A DNA stretch of 63,524 nucleotides, filler included, from Globobulimina sp. (GCA_003354225.1; 52 parts of 52 records of this genome joined end to end with filler, not necessarily neighbours in it); one strand, 5' to 3'; positions 12,091 through 24,146 are shown, counted from the first letter of the whole stretch. Notes: generated by a model not told the origin, from the letters alone. Numbers and translations are program-made.

Positions 12091-12862
12091 TTTATATCAA
12101 TATTGCAGTGTTGGGGATGTACAAAGATCAGCAACTGGTTATGNNNNNNNNNNNNNNNNNNNNNNNNNNNNNNNNNNNNNNNNNNNNTTAATTAATTAAN
12201 NNNNNNNNNNNNNNNNNNNNNNNNNNNNNNNNNNNNNNNNNNNATAAATAAATTAATAATGTAAAAAAGTTTTTTTGATCGATGCATGATGAAATATGAA
12301 ATGTTAATTGTAAGGTATATTGTTTATTATGGTTGCGAGTATGTTTTTTTATATGTGTGTTTCCATAAATGATCCCTCGTTTCGTGGCATTTTGTGTATA
12401 CCATATTTCATTTTTGAAAATATGAAATTTCAAATAACATGGTATACAACGTAAAACCAAAGCAATTTATGTTGCAAAACCAAAGCAATTTATAGCCACA
12501 ATCAAACACTGTTTGTTAGAATTTTGTTGTTGTTTATCAGTTGTCCAAAGTACAAAAGCTATACTTGTATATAAACAACATTATTTGTTCAATATGTTAT
12601 TTATGGGTTGAATAATTAATGTTTAGTTTGTGATGCTTGTTGAAATGAATCAGCGGATTGTGAACCTATAGACACATAACAGACTAGAATGCATCATGTT
12701 GAGTTAGTAACAGTTTTTGTTTTTTGAAATTTTAATGACTGCGTGCAAACATTACAACTGCAATTAATTATAAGACAGAGTCATCCAATCTGCGCTGTAT
12801 AATTCAATAATATAATCAATGTATAATTCAATAATTGTATAATCAACAAACAGCAATACCAA

Positions 12863-13367
12863 ATGTATATTAATCATGCATCAAAAACATATCAAGATAA
12901 AATAATACAAATAAAACACAGCAACACTTCTCCTGTGATTACAGTTCATCAGCAAATACCAAGAAATAAAATTAAATCATCCTTAAAAGCGATTGCAAAC
13001 AATATTATTAATAAAGAAACATTAAAACAATGGCAATACAAACGTTATAGAAAGGATATAAGTACCAACGGCAAACAAATAATGACTTTAGGGAGAGATA
13101 TTTTACATTTATTATCTGGCGATAATATAGTCGGGTTTTTATCTAATTTATTAACTGAATCTGAACAACTATTATTGTCTTCAGTTATACCCATTTTACA
13201 ATCAATAAATGAACATATTTCCAATCAAACGATAGATAAAGAGCCCAAATGGAAATCTCTGCAATGTATAACTCCTCACATCTCATAAAATACATTACAA
13301 AAAGTTGGATTTGATTGTAAAACAAAAATATGGGATTATTCAAGCAATAAATGCAAAAACAATGGTG
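12863..13367 (+). pseudogene. Orphan ORF with an in-frame stop (reading continues NTLQKVGFDCKTKIWDY)
   Basis: 141-aa ORF; the same frame stays open after the TAA at 13286-13288 to the contig end. Confidence 0.3.
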
Positions 13368-13514
13368 NNNNNNNNNNNNNNNNNNNNNNNNNNNNNNNNN
13401 NNNNNNNNNNNTTAATTAATTAANNNNNNNNNNNNNNNNNNNNNNNNNNNNNNNNNNNNNNNNNNNNATAATAAAGAAGTAATAAACCAAAAAAAAATAA
13501 AATAAATAAATATA

Positions 13515-14591
13515 TCAAACAATGGTTTCTTGTCTGGTTCTTCCAAAATTTGATTCTAACGAATTGGATCTTCCTCTTTGTCCAACTTGCATTGCTTTAT
13601 TAGGTTTTGTGTCATCGACGCCACGTTTATTTTTCTTAACATTTCGTTTATTTTTCTTGTTAACAATTTTTTCAATTTGCGGATGATATTTGCTATTCGT
13701 TCTCTTCCTATTCGCATCCTTTTTTTTTGCGAAACTTTTAAACAATAATCCGATCGCTGACTGTCTTTTCCTTTTCGATGGCTTAATTTTAACATCATTC
13801 GTACTTTTTGACCTATGTTCCGTATCATTTTTACTTGCATAATCTGGTGTTTTTAATGAAATAGCATTTATAGCTGCGCCCGTTCCATACCTTCGATCAG
13901 TTCGATGGGCTCTCGTTGGCGGCGGCGTTTTAATCCCAGTCACACTGTGATGAGAGCCAATTTTGGATCGCAATTCATTTTGCAATTTATTATCCATTTT
14001 GTTACTGATAACGCAATTTAGAAATATCAAAAACAGAAACAATAAAAAACATATTAATATATTTATACCTCAACGATTTCTTATGTTTACGCACTTTTTT
14101 TTCCTCTCTCGGCCGATTTCCTTTATGTATTGGCTTATTATTCTGTTTCTGCGTACGTTTAAATTGACGAATAAATATCTTCGATTGTTTCAACTCATAC
14201 TCTAACGCTTCAATAGTTTGTTGTTGCAAAATATTTTCCTTTTCCATCTCAATATTTTTCTCATTTATTTTTTTATATTCATCCATAATCGAACTTATCT
14301 TCTTATTTTCATTGGTTTTATTGATTTGAATCCTGTGCAGTTCGGATTCTTTCGTATTTAATATCGTTTTGAGTTTAATATTTTCCTTATTTAACCGGCT
14401 AACTTCCTTCATTTTGTCATGCACTGTCTGCGCCGTTAACTTTTCAAACTGAAGCAAGTCACTATATTTATGATACAACATTGTATACGAACGCTGTAAT
14501 TCTTTTTCGTTTTTCAGATTAAACAAAACCTGCGGCTCAATAAACTGCGCCGGATCCGCATTGTAATCGCCATCGTCGTCTTCATCGTCAA
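13515..14591 (-). CDS. Coiled-coil / basic low-complexity protein, internal exons (intron 14005-14068)
   Basis: ORFs 14002..14526 and 13515..14042 are joined in frame by a 64-bp GT..AG intron (SL-S-NKMD). Confidence 0.6.
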
Positions 14592-14691
14592 NNNNNNNNN
14601 NNNNNNNNNNNNNNNNNNNNNNNNNNNNNNNNNNNTTAATTAATTAANNNNNNNNNNNNNNNNNNNNNNNNNNNNNNNNNNNNNNNNNNNN

Positions 14692-15815
14692 GAAATATGA
14701 AAATATTGGGAGGATATTCAAGAAAATATAAATATTCCTTACAATCAATAGTTTTAACATACCACACCATAAACATACTATATCCAATACTAAGTTTCCG
14801 ACAAAACACAGCTTGGTGCGTCCCCTTCAAAGTGACCTTATTGGCCATACAAATTTGCTCTGCTTTACTATATTTAATTGGATTTTGGTCGTTAAATTTT
14901 AATCAAACGAAAAATAAACGAAAAACAAATATAAATAAAATATTGGAAGAAAAATATACTGCATCAGCTTGGAGTGAATGCCCGCAGTGGAAGTTCCTTA
15001 TTTTATTTTGTATGACAATATCTTGGATGTCATCCTTTGTGGCTTTGATAGAAACAAAAACGAATTACGAGCAATATCAGACATTCTATATATTACAAGC
15101 AGTCTTATACGTTTTTGATTTATTTAAATGGTTTCAAACAGTGATGCTTGTTTTGATTCTGTATGGATTTTTAAATTCTTTTCCCGTTCGGTTTAATAAA
15201 TTCAAAAAAACGATTGAATGCATCATGAAAAAAGAGCCGCATAATGTTGGTCAACATTATAAATTGTCGCAGTTTTCATTTGCTGACAGTGTCTGGGATC
15301 ATCACTCAATTAATATGTACAAATATGATAATTTTGATCATTGCGAATTTATGGAAGAATACCATTTGATGACAGATTATTATACGATCATTTTACATCA
15401 CTTCCATTGGTATATTGTTGTATTTTGCCTGTTTAATCTTTTTATGTTGGGCTGTCTTGTCTGGTCTATGTTGGTGACATATATTGAAACTGACGAATGT
15501 AATAAAACAGGTAACTTGTCATGGTTTTATGTACATTATGTATCGGAGATATTGTTATATTACATTTTATGGTTTTCAATCTTGTTTAAATTAAACAGAA
15601 ATCATTCATTAATTCAAGAATATAAATATGAATTTAGTTTATATGTTGCTATTAAAAATGTAAATAATTCACATGAAAAATTAATTATCATTGATTTCTT
15701 AAAAACGGTAATAAATGAACGGTCACCTTTTGCTATCTTTAATAGAATAAATCCAACCACTGAACGAATAGTTGCTTTGTTTGTCTCTATCATTTTCCCT
15801 GTTTGTTACTATATT
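14692..15815 (+). CDS. Multi-pass membrane protein resembling gustatory-receptor-like/DUF3537 7TM ion channels (partial)
   Basis: About 6-7 hydrophobic helices, a long intracellular loop, and C-terminal DFLK...SPFAIFNRINPTTERIVALFVSIIF resembling the TM7a-loop-TM7b arrangement. Confidence 0.45.
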
Positions 15816-15945
15816 NNNNNNNNNNNNNNNNNNNNNNNNNNNNNNNNNNNNNNNNNNNNTTAATTAATTAANNNNNNNNNNNNNNNNNNNNNNNNNNNNN
15901 NNNNNNNNNNNNNNNGAAAGTAAAAAACTTCCAACTCTTAACATC

Positions 15946-17039
15946 ATGGCTTACAAAATCAAACTATTACTCTCTAAAAACGATGGTGATTGGCGCCGTA
16001 GATCAGCCTCCATCTTCAAACCATCCACAACATTAACGTTCAATCAATTTACCACACAATGTGCACAAAAATTATATCCAAACGAATCCATTACAAATTC
16101 AACTATAATTAAATTATATGATATCACGCACGCACAAAACGGTCTTATTCAAATAGATGATAATAAAGACACTCCGCTATCTGAACTTGAACACGATAAT
16201 GAAATCTATCGCAACTGTCAAATCCTTGTGATCGTGCCATCAAAACATAAATTAGGGATTGTAAATCCGTCAAAACAACAAAAAAATGAATTAAAAGAAG
16301 AACAGGAATTATTGTCTTGTTTATCCAACACAAATACATCTACTTCCACCTCATATACACCATCATCAAACAGATCACTCCAAACTTTATTATCTGTCCA
16401 TAAACTCAATGTATGTGTATGATGCGCAGATTTATTACATAATAACATTCCATTCATGTAAACCTACATACAAATACAGCAAAGTACAGTGCAAACAACA
16501 CGGACTTATGAGGAAACACCATTGGTTTTATCAAGAAACGCAACACTTTCACCATTGAAATTGCCTCCAATGTCACCAAAAAATATCACAAACGTTGACA
16601 AATCACCGTTGGTTATGGCAAATAACACCGTCAACACCGACAACGCGTGCACTGTATTGCAAAATAAAGAGATAGAATCAGATGATATGGATGAATTAGT
16701 CTGTACTCTAAGGAATGAAGACGAGGATATTGACAAAAACAATAAAATTTTATTAAAGAATATAAATAATAAACGTGCCGGGAGAGATTTTATACCATGG
16801 ATAAATAAGAAAAGGGCAAAGAAAAAAAAGAAAAAAAAACATACAAACGATGTTCTTACTTACTTACTTACTTCTGTTGCAACCCATGATGATGAGAGTA
16901 AAAAACAAAACGGATTTGATGATAAGAAACAGGAAAAACAATGTAAAGCAAAAAAACGCAAAAGAAACAAGGAAGATATTAATGTAATAACAGTGCCTGG
17001 CACTGATAGTGGATCAACACACAAAAATGGTAACGTGGC
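15946..17039 (+). CDS. Hypothetical protein with PB1/ubiquitin-like N-terminus and low-complexity tail (intron 16411-16479)
   Basis: A 69-bp phase-0 GTATGT..TACAG intron joins ORFs 15946 and 16489 in frame. Confidence 0.6.
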
Positions 17040-17158
17040 NNNNNNNNNNNNNNNNNNNNNNNNNNNNNNNNNNNNNNNNNNNNTTAATTAATTAANNNNN
17101 NNNNNNNNNNNNNNNNNNNNNNNNNNNNNNNNNNNNNNNAAATTGTTAATAATGTTGA

Positions 17159-17231
17159 GGGGTACTGGCGCAATCGGAAGCGCGTAACGTTCGCAACGTT
17201 AAGGCACCGGGATCGAAACCCGGGTACTCCA
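17159..17231 (+). tRNA. tRNA-Ala(CGC)
   Basis: Cloverleaf: acceptor GGGGTAC/GTACTCC with the G3:U70 Ala identity pair, D stem GCGC/GCGC, anticodon stem TAACG/CGTTA with loop TTCGCAA, T arm CCGGG-ATCGAAA-CCCGG. No encoded CCA; downstream T-run (Pol III terminator). Confidence 0.92.
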
Positions 17232-17479
17232 ATCCTCAGAAACTGAAATGTATTTTTTTGTTACTAAAATTTTTTAGCCTTTTTTTTCAGTCAATCAACA
17301 ATCTTTTGAATTTAAGAGATATTGCATTCCAAATGGTTTGTTTATTATCACATGACATGTTTAATTTATCAATTAGCATTATTGTGTTTTTAAATTAGGA
17401 TTTATGCAAACAACGATATATATATCATAGATTTGCAATATATTTTAAATCAACATATGAAATTAAATCATCTGAAAAT

Positions 17480-17742
17480 AAATTCATGCCATTAGCATTT
17501 GATAGTTTTGGAGGAATTTGTAAAAAAGGTAAACAATTATGTAACGCAGCATTATTATACAAGGCAGATTATGATTATAAAGAATAATTGTTATGCAAAA
17601 TTCACAATTTTTATGAAAAAAATGATGCTCCCATGAAACATCATGATGCGCAAATGAAAGCTGAGGATCTCAGCTATTTGATACACTTTGCTATTTTAGA
17701 CACAACAAATATACGTTTAACATCAGGCTTAAATAGTAAATA
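17480..17742 (+). mobile_element. Degenerate C-terminal (RLE) fragment of a CRE-like non-LTR retrotransposon
   Basis: KFMPLAFDSFGGICKKGKQL matches the F-x-P-x-x-x-[ED]-[ST]-x-G-G motif after the restriction-like endonuclease; an in-frame stop follows. Confidence 0.45.
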
Positions 17743-18156
17743 ATATTGTACAGTATTAAATATAATGCATGGTATTCTTTTCATGGTGATCAGAGATTTC
17801 TAATATATTTTTAATTTATGAGCTAAGCGTAGAAGTTTTTCTCATTACAATGTTTTCATTATATCGTTGTGGTCTCCAGCGAGTAAAACGATTGGAAGTG
17901 AACGACCGTTAAGGATCAAAGAAATTTAAAACTATTCCAAGAATTGAGGCACAATTAAGGTTGGTTTTGAAATGTGGTCATTGCCAATTTAATATTTTAT
18001 TTTGTTGTACGCTTCTTTATATTGAAAAACAATAATTGGCCTGTTTCCCCGAAGCAATTAAAATGCGCGGAGGTTTTCAAATTGTTAAAAGCTCAGCTCG
18101 CTTAAGTCAAGAAAAGAAAAGAATGACTAATTAAAACATATTATATAATAATGAAA

Positions 18157-18203
18157 TGACTCAGGCAGGATTTAAACCTGCATCTATGTGAGTTGCATCC
18201 ACA
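18157..18203 (-). pseudogene. tRNA-Cys(GCA)-like 3' half remnant
   Basis: Minus strand reads TGTGG-ATGCAAC-TCACA (anticodon arm), GCAGG-TTTAAAT-CCTGC (T arm), CTGAGTCA. The 5' acceptor and D arm are absent. Confidence 0.5.
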
Positions 18204-18507
18204 ACATTTAGTTTATAATCAACATATGAATGTTGGCAAACAATGAGGGATTAAATTTAGTTTNNNNNNNNNNNNNNNNNNNNNNNNNNNNNNNNNNNNN
18301 NNNNNNNTTAATTAATTAANNNNNNNNNNNNNNNNNNNNNNNNNNNNNNNNNNNNNNNNNNNNCATATCAATTATGTGTTTTGTTTCTGTTTTTCAAATA
18401 TCCGACAGATATACACATCAATTTTTTTTTATGTTTTTAATATACAATTTGCAAAATAACTGTCGTATATTATGTAATAACAATATATATCTCAAAAAGA
18501 TGTATAC

Positions 18508-18860
18508 CTCATATTGTTTTAAGGCAGCTTCAATATAATAATCGTGGACTTCAAACGTTTTCAATGCTTTTTTAACCTGTATACGCGATGAGAATTTCGT
18601 CTTATTTGATTTTTGCCATTCAGTCAGTTGATCTTTGATGGTTAGGCGATATAAAATTTCCCGAATTATACTGACATCATAGATTGGATAATTGTGCTGT
18701 ACGTAGGTATAGTTTTGCAATTAGACAACGTAATCTTTTCATTTGTATATATACGTACCTCATAAACGCGTAATGCTCTGTTTATTCGCTCCTTTTCAAA
18801 ACCGATTTCATTTAACGTACAACAAATGTCTTCTTTTGTTTGTGTTTGCTCGTTTGCCAT
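18508..18860 (-). CDS. Protein with tandem UBA-like repeats (intron 18697-18758; second intron starts 18507)
   Basis: IGFEKERINRALRVYE|HNYPIYDVSIIREILYRL...HDYYIEAALKQYE|; GT donors follow YE in both repeats. Confidence 0.6.
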
Positions 18861-19199
18861 GAGGAAATAATGTTTTTTTTACCTTCCTAAAAACATCAAC
18901 TTACATCTGTGAAAACTGAAAACCTTTCAAGTAAAGTATAATTTTATAGCATTAGATGTAATTCGCATGTGCAGCATCTCAAATTCTCGCAAAGGGTACT
19001 AGAAAAAAAAGAAGGAAAAGAACACGGAGAAGGATTAAACAGTGGATGAAGGCGATGAAGGATTAAAAAAGAAAAAAAGAAGGATAAAACAGTGGATGTT
19101 GTGAAAGAAGCATCGAATGAGTAAAGTGTTAAGAAAAAGAAGAAGAAAAAAAAGAAACAGTAAATCCAAAACAAGAAATTTAAATGAAAACAATGCATT

Positions 19200-19362
19200 A
19201 AAGTCAGAGGTTTGAGAGGTTGAGAGGTTCGGAAGTTTAGGCGTTGAGAAGTTGGGAGGTTCAGAAGTTGAATTATTAATGAAACAAGAATCCAATTCTA
19301 CGATACTTTTATCCACCAACTTCCGAACATCACAACCTCTCAACTTCTCAACCTCTGACTTA
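19200..19362. mobile_element. MITE (163 bp) with TIRs built from 8-bp subrepeats and an 8-bp TSD AATGCATT
   Basis: Left AAAGTCAGAGGTTTGAGAGGTTGAGAGGTTCGGAAGTT; right AACTTCCGAAC...AACCTCTCAACTTCTCAACCTCTGACTTA. AATGCATT flanks at 19192-19199 and 19363-19370. Confidence 0.75.
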
Positions 19363-19809
19363 AATGCATTCCTTCCAATGACATGAAATTGATCCATGAA
19401 TTGTTTTTTTTTGTAGAATGTGTCATCTTGAATTAATACTATTTTGTTTTTGATTTATTGTCATTGCTGATTTGCACAAGTCCGGTTNNNNNNNNNNNNN
19501 NNNNNNNNNNNNNNNNNNNNNNNNNNNNNNNTTAATTAATTAANNNNNNNNNNNNNNNNNNNNNNNNNNNNNNNNNNNNNNNNNNNNCATGGACATATTC
19601 CAAAAGAGAACCCTTTTGTATACATTTGCTTCAATTATAAATTTGTTCTGGGATTTGCAAATTTAAGGCAAAGTTATAACAAACACAGAACAAATTCAAG
19701 ACAAACATATAGAAAACAGTTTCTGGATTTGCAAAGCGCTCAGATAATTGAATCAAATGTATACAACTTATCGCATTTTATTTTCAGTTACAAGTTACAA
19801 GTTACAACC

Positions 19810-20630
19810 ATGTTGTTTCAAACCGCTTTTTCGTTATGTTTAAATATTGGATTATTACAATTCCAAATCGTTCCATCATCATCCACCGTTGCAACCACAC
19901 CACCACGAGGGTGGAATTCATATGATTCGTATAATTGGATTATAAACGAATCTCAAGTTTTAGCAAACGCTCAAGCTATAAAACAATATCTCGCACCGTC
20001 TGGTTATGAATATGTTGTGATTGATTTTTTATGGTTCCAAGATATTGATAATCCCTCTCATTTATATGTCGATCAATATGGCCGATTACAACCTGATCCA
20101 AAGCGATACCCACACAGTGCTGATGGATCTGGCTTCAAATGGATTGGCGATCAAATTCATAATTTAGGTCTAAAATTTGGGCTCCATGTAATGCGCGGAA
20201 TATCCTCCACCGCCGTCCGTGCAAAATCCCCTGGTATGTGTCTGCATATATTTCACCATTCAACAAATCAAAACTAATACTTATGTATATTCCACGCAGT
20301 ATATGGTGCATCAGGTACATACGTATACATTCTGCAAATAAAAAGTGCCATTGCAACGCTATATATATACTTTAGGAGTTACTGCAGATCAAATTGTCCA
20401 AGCAAACACGCAATGTGGTTGGTATACCGCTGTATCGAGTGTAGATATGTCCAAAAATGGTGCACAGCAGTTCGAAAATTCACTATATGCACAATATGCT
20501 GAATGGGGTGTGGATTTTATAAAAAATGATTGTGTATACGGTGCAGATTATGTATTGGATCAAATCCGTTCGGTTTCGACTGCCATAACTAACTCTAAAC
20601 GAGAAATGGTTTATTCTTGCAGTTGGCCTT
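19810..20630 (+). CDS. Secreted GH27 alpha-galactosidase (introns 20234-20299 and 20315-20375; 15-nt micro-exon 20300-20314), 3' truncated
   Basis: TPPRGWNSYDSY, YEYVVIDFLW, DQYGRLQPDPKRYP, LGLKFGLHVMRGI, WGVDFIKNDC. The spliced junction reads KSPVYGASGVTADQI. Confidence 0.88.
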
Positions 20631-20847
20631 ATTACAAAATGGCCCTGTTCCGCCCTGAGTCCTCGCTACGTCCTCCTTATACGGTGAAGTCAGCCATGTG
20701 CCTTTAAGAAGNNNNNNNNNNNNNNNNNNNNNNNNNNNNNNNNNNNNNNNNNNNNTTAATTAATTAANNNNNNNNNNNNNNNNNNNNNNNNNNNNNNNNN
20801 NNNNNNNNNNNACGTTAATATAGTACTCTTGTCGACTGTCAACAAAA

Positions 20848-21935
20848 ATGTCATCACTATCTCTCGTAGATCCATTGCCTCAACAAGCTGTTACTTTATA
20901 TGAACTGAGACAGTCCAAATTCAATATCATTCAATCCACATCGATTGAAATTACTAAATTATGCCTCATCATTGATTATCTAAAAGATATGGATGACAGA
21001 AATGAATTATTAACAGATAAAAATCAACGTGAAAAATTATACGAAAATATTGTACAAGAATTAAAAGAAAATGACGCAACCGAACAAAAGAATGATTATA
21101 TTGAAGAAAAGAAGAAAAAGATGATAGAAATAAATAATATTATCAGTGTATACCGTCGAAAGAGCAGTTATAATGGAAATATTGAATGCGAAATCAGAGA
21201 AACAATTGATTCAAAATTATCATTTATTAACCATATAACGCAGCATATTTATAATTTGCGAGAAGAAATTAAATTTTTAACAAATAAAATTAAATCGAAA
21301 ACGTTTGAATGCACAATTTGTTTTGAAGTATTACATTCTGAGCATTTATATATTATTTCAAAGTGCGGTCATAAATTATGTCGTTTCTGTTTTCGTCGAC
21401 ATATATTTTCTTCGATTCAGCGCAAAAAACAAGAGCCAAAATGCCCATTTTCCGAATGTGAACAAATATTATCTCATTATGATGATTTACAAGTGATTTT
21501 ATCACCGACAGAATACCAAGATATTAATTATAAATTAAATATGACTGCGGTATCAAAGTTAAAGGGAATTAAATATTGTTTAACGCCCGATTGTGACAAT
21601 GCGATTGAATACGATACAAGTCAATGTTCGAAAAATGTTAAAGTAACAAAGTTTGAGTGCAAGAAATGTCACAATTGCTGGTGTTTGGACTGTAAAACAG
21701 AATGGCATGGTGGATATAGTACATGTAAAGCATGGAAAAGAAGCATTAAAAGAAAGAAATATGAAAATGTTGCAGATGTAAAGTATGCCAAATGGTATAA
21801 AAACAATAAGAAATTAGTCAAAGAATGTCCTGGCTGTCATGCTCATGTTGAAAAAAATGTAATGGTAAAGTTAAAGTTTGAATTTTCAAATGTTTTTTCA
21901 AAATGGTTCTCCATGCTTGTTGAAGAAAATTTTCA
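20848..21935 (+). CDS. RBR (RING-IBR-RING) E3 ubiquitin ligase, 3' partial
   Basis: RING1 CTICFE...CGHKLCRFC...KCP; IBR YCLTPDC...CKKC...WCLDCKTEWH; RING2 start KECPGCHAHVEKN. Confidence 0.9.
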
Positions 21936-22719
21936 NNNNNNNNNNNNNNNNNNNNNNNNNNNNNNNNNNNNNNNNNNNNTTAATTAATTAANNNNNNNNN
22001 NNNNNNNNNNNNNNNNNNNNNNNNNNNNNNNNNNNTAAAAAACACAAAGTTCACACTAAGAAATAAGAACCACTCAAAAAAAGGAAGGAAAGAAAATAAT
22101 TAAATAAATAGAAATCCGAAAATATTTCCCATATTTACAAATCTTAATAAAATTGTTATTGAGACAACAGATATTTATGGATTAACAGAATATAGATTTA
22201 GTTTATTATTATTTTTATCATCGATTGAATCATGCAAATCATCCATAAAATATATTATTAAAGCAAGGAGATATGAAAATAAAAGCTGGTTCAGTGATAT
22301 TTTGAATGAGTCCATAAAACAATGCTTTAATGATAAAAAATGGAATATAAATTCATCAAAAGATGGTGGTTGGGATTATTTGATAATTAAGCAATGATTT
22401 AATTTTTTGTTTGCATGTTTTTGTGATTGGTTGCTGTGATAATTGGGATTTGAACCCAAATCTTGTTGAATAAGATGCTTTCTTAAGCTACATCACATTA
22501 ATTATTATTATATTATTATTAATATATATATTCCAGATTGTCCGGCACCGTCAAAGGTTTCGGCACCGTCAAATATAAATACTGCATGTTGTACGATCCA
22601 GAGTGTAACTCAGACTCTGGTGAATGTAATAAATATATTGTAAATTTAATATATAATAAAAATTATGTCATGTTTTGATATGGGTACGTCATGTTTTGTA
22701 ACAATCCACGTACAGTTAT

Positions 22720-23060
22720 TCATAATAATTTTAATTTCTTTTGATATTTTTGATAGTATTTTACAAAATAGTCACGTTTCATGACTTGAGTTGCATGAAA
22801 CCGTTTATTTTGATCGATCATTATCAAATGTTTTAGTAAAGAAAATGATTTTTTTTTAAAATATTTCAATAAATTATATTTTCTGAAATATTTATTATTA
22901 AGAAGAGCTAAATAACCATTTCGTGGCTGCGACCACGTATCTTCTGGAACGTACAATGGCTGACCGACAAAACATTCATAAAATAACATTCCAAAGGACC
23001 AAATATCACACGATCGACAATCATATAATACACCCTCGTATACTTCTGGGGATGCAAAAT
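22720..23060 (-). pseudogene. Ser/Thr protein kinase C-lobe fragment with a frameshift
   Basis: YFASPEVYEG (subdomain VIII) is one nucleotide out of frame with YDCRSCDIWSFGMLFYECFVG (IX); KRFHATQVM (XI) follows. Confidence 0.65.
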
Positions 23061-23259
23061 ATTAATTTTCTTATTCGGCATTCATCAGTTGTCAGGTCCT
23101 TAGGAATGATGTGTTTGATTAAAAAAAAAAAGTTAAATTAAGATTTCTGTTAGTTAATANNNNNNNNNNNNNNNNNNNNNNNNNNNNNNNNNNNNNNNNN
23201 NNNTTAATTAATTAANNNNNNNNNNNNNNNNNNNNNNNNNNNNNNNNNNNNNNNNNNNN

Positions 23260-23454
23260 ATGGTTACGGATGGTTTGCTTAACTCGATTTGCATCGTATT
23301 TTCATTCAATATGAGATATGTATCAGTTCCCGACTTGAAATGCAAAAAGAAAAAGATAACAAATGATAAGGATAAGGAAGGAAATGGAAATTACGATAAA
23401 GTGAAGACTGAACCCACGATAACTGAGTGTCAGACAATATGTATTTCTCCATAA
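23260..23454 (+). CDS. 7TM/GPCR-like protein, last TM helix and tail
   Basis: DGLLNSICIVFSF resembles the TM7 D-x-x-x-N-x-x-C motif of the paralogs at 40460 and 60301. Confidence 0.45.
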   Translation: MVTDGLLNSICIVFSFNMRYVSVPDLKCKKKKITNDKDKEGNGNYDKVKTEPTITECQTICISP

Positions 23455-24146
23455 ACTATCCAGTTATTTGATTTTTGTTTTGTTTGTTATTGTTTTGTTT
23501 TGTTTATTGAAAATATATATTTTAAATGTTTGGTTTGTTTGTTTGTTTGTTTTTTTATTCCCGAACCCTTTGGGTTTTCGAACATTTTTATTATTGTTTT
23601 GTTTGATATGGTGACATTTTTTAAATATTTGGTTTGTTGGAGAATAGTATTCGGCGGCTGTGCCTCATACTATTTTCTAATTTTTGTTTAATAAAAAGTT
23701 ATACAAAAAATAATCCCATAAACAAACAAAACACACACTTTTGAACATTCTTTTTTTTGAAACATTAAAAATTTTGAACTAAAGAGTGATCACCATCTTC
23801 CGTGTGATGCTTTTTCTGCTAAAAATATATTGATTGATTTCTTAAAGTTTTGAAGAAGAACATTTTTAAGGTTTTTCATATAATGCACTGCAGTCACAAC
23901 ATTGAGCTAATTTTCATTGTAGGTCTTGCATTGTTGCAATTTGTTACAATGTGAAAAATCTGCTGAACTGCTTCAGATATAAACTCACTGCAGACACAAC
24001 TATTGAGCTAATTTATTGTGGTGAGCGATTACCTCCAAAAGTTGAAGTCCGATCACCAACTTCGACATTATTCATTTCATTTCCGCAAATTCGACATTAT
24101 CACAAACTAAAATTTATGATCAGCAAATTATATTTATTTATTATCC

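Noticed and set aside
12453-12493. 18-bp direct repeat AAAACCAAAGCAATTTAT x2
   Set aside because: Only two copies in AT-rich DNA; most likely a simple local duplication.
19035-19397. 120-aa minus-strand ORF with PNFSTP-like repeats
   Set aside because: Arises from the MITE octamer repeats and low-complexity flank.
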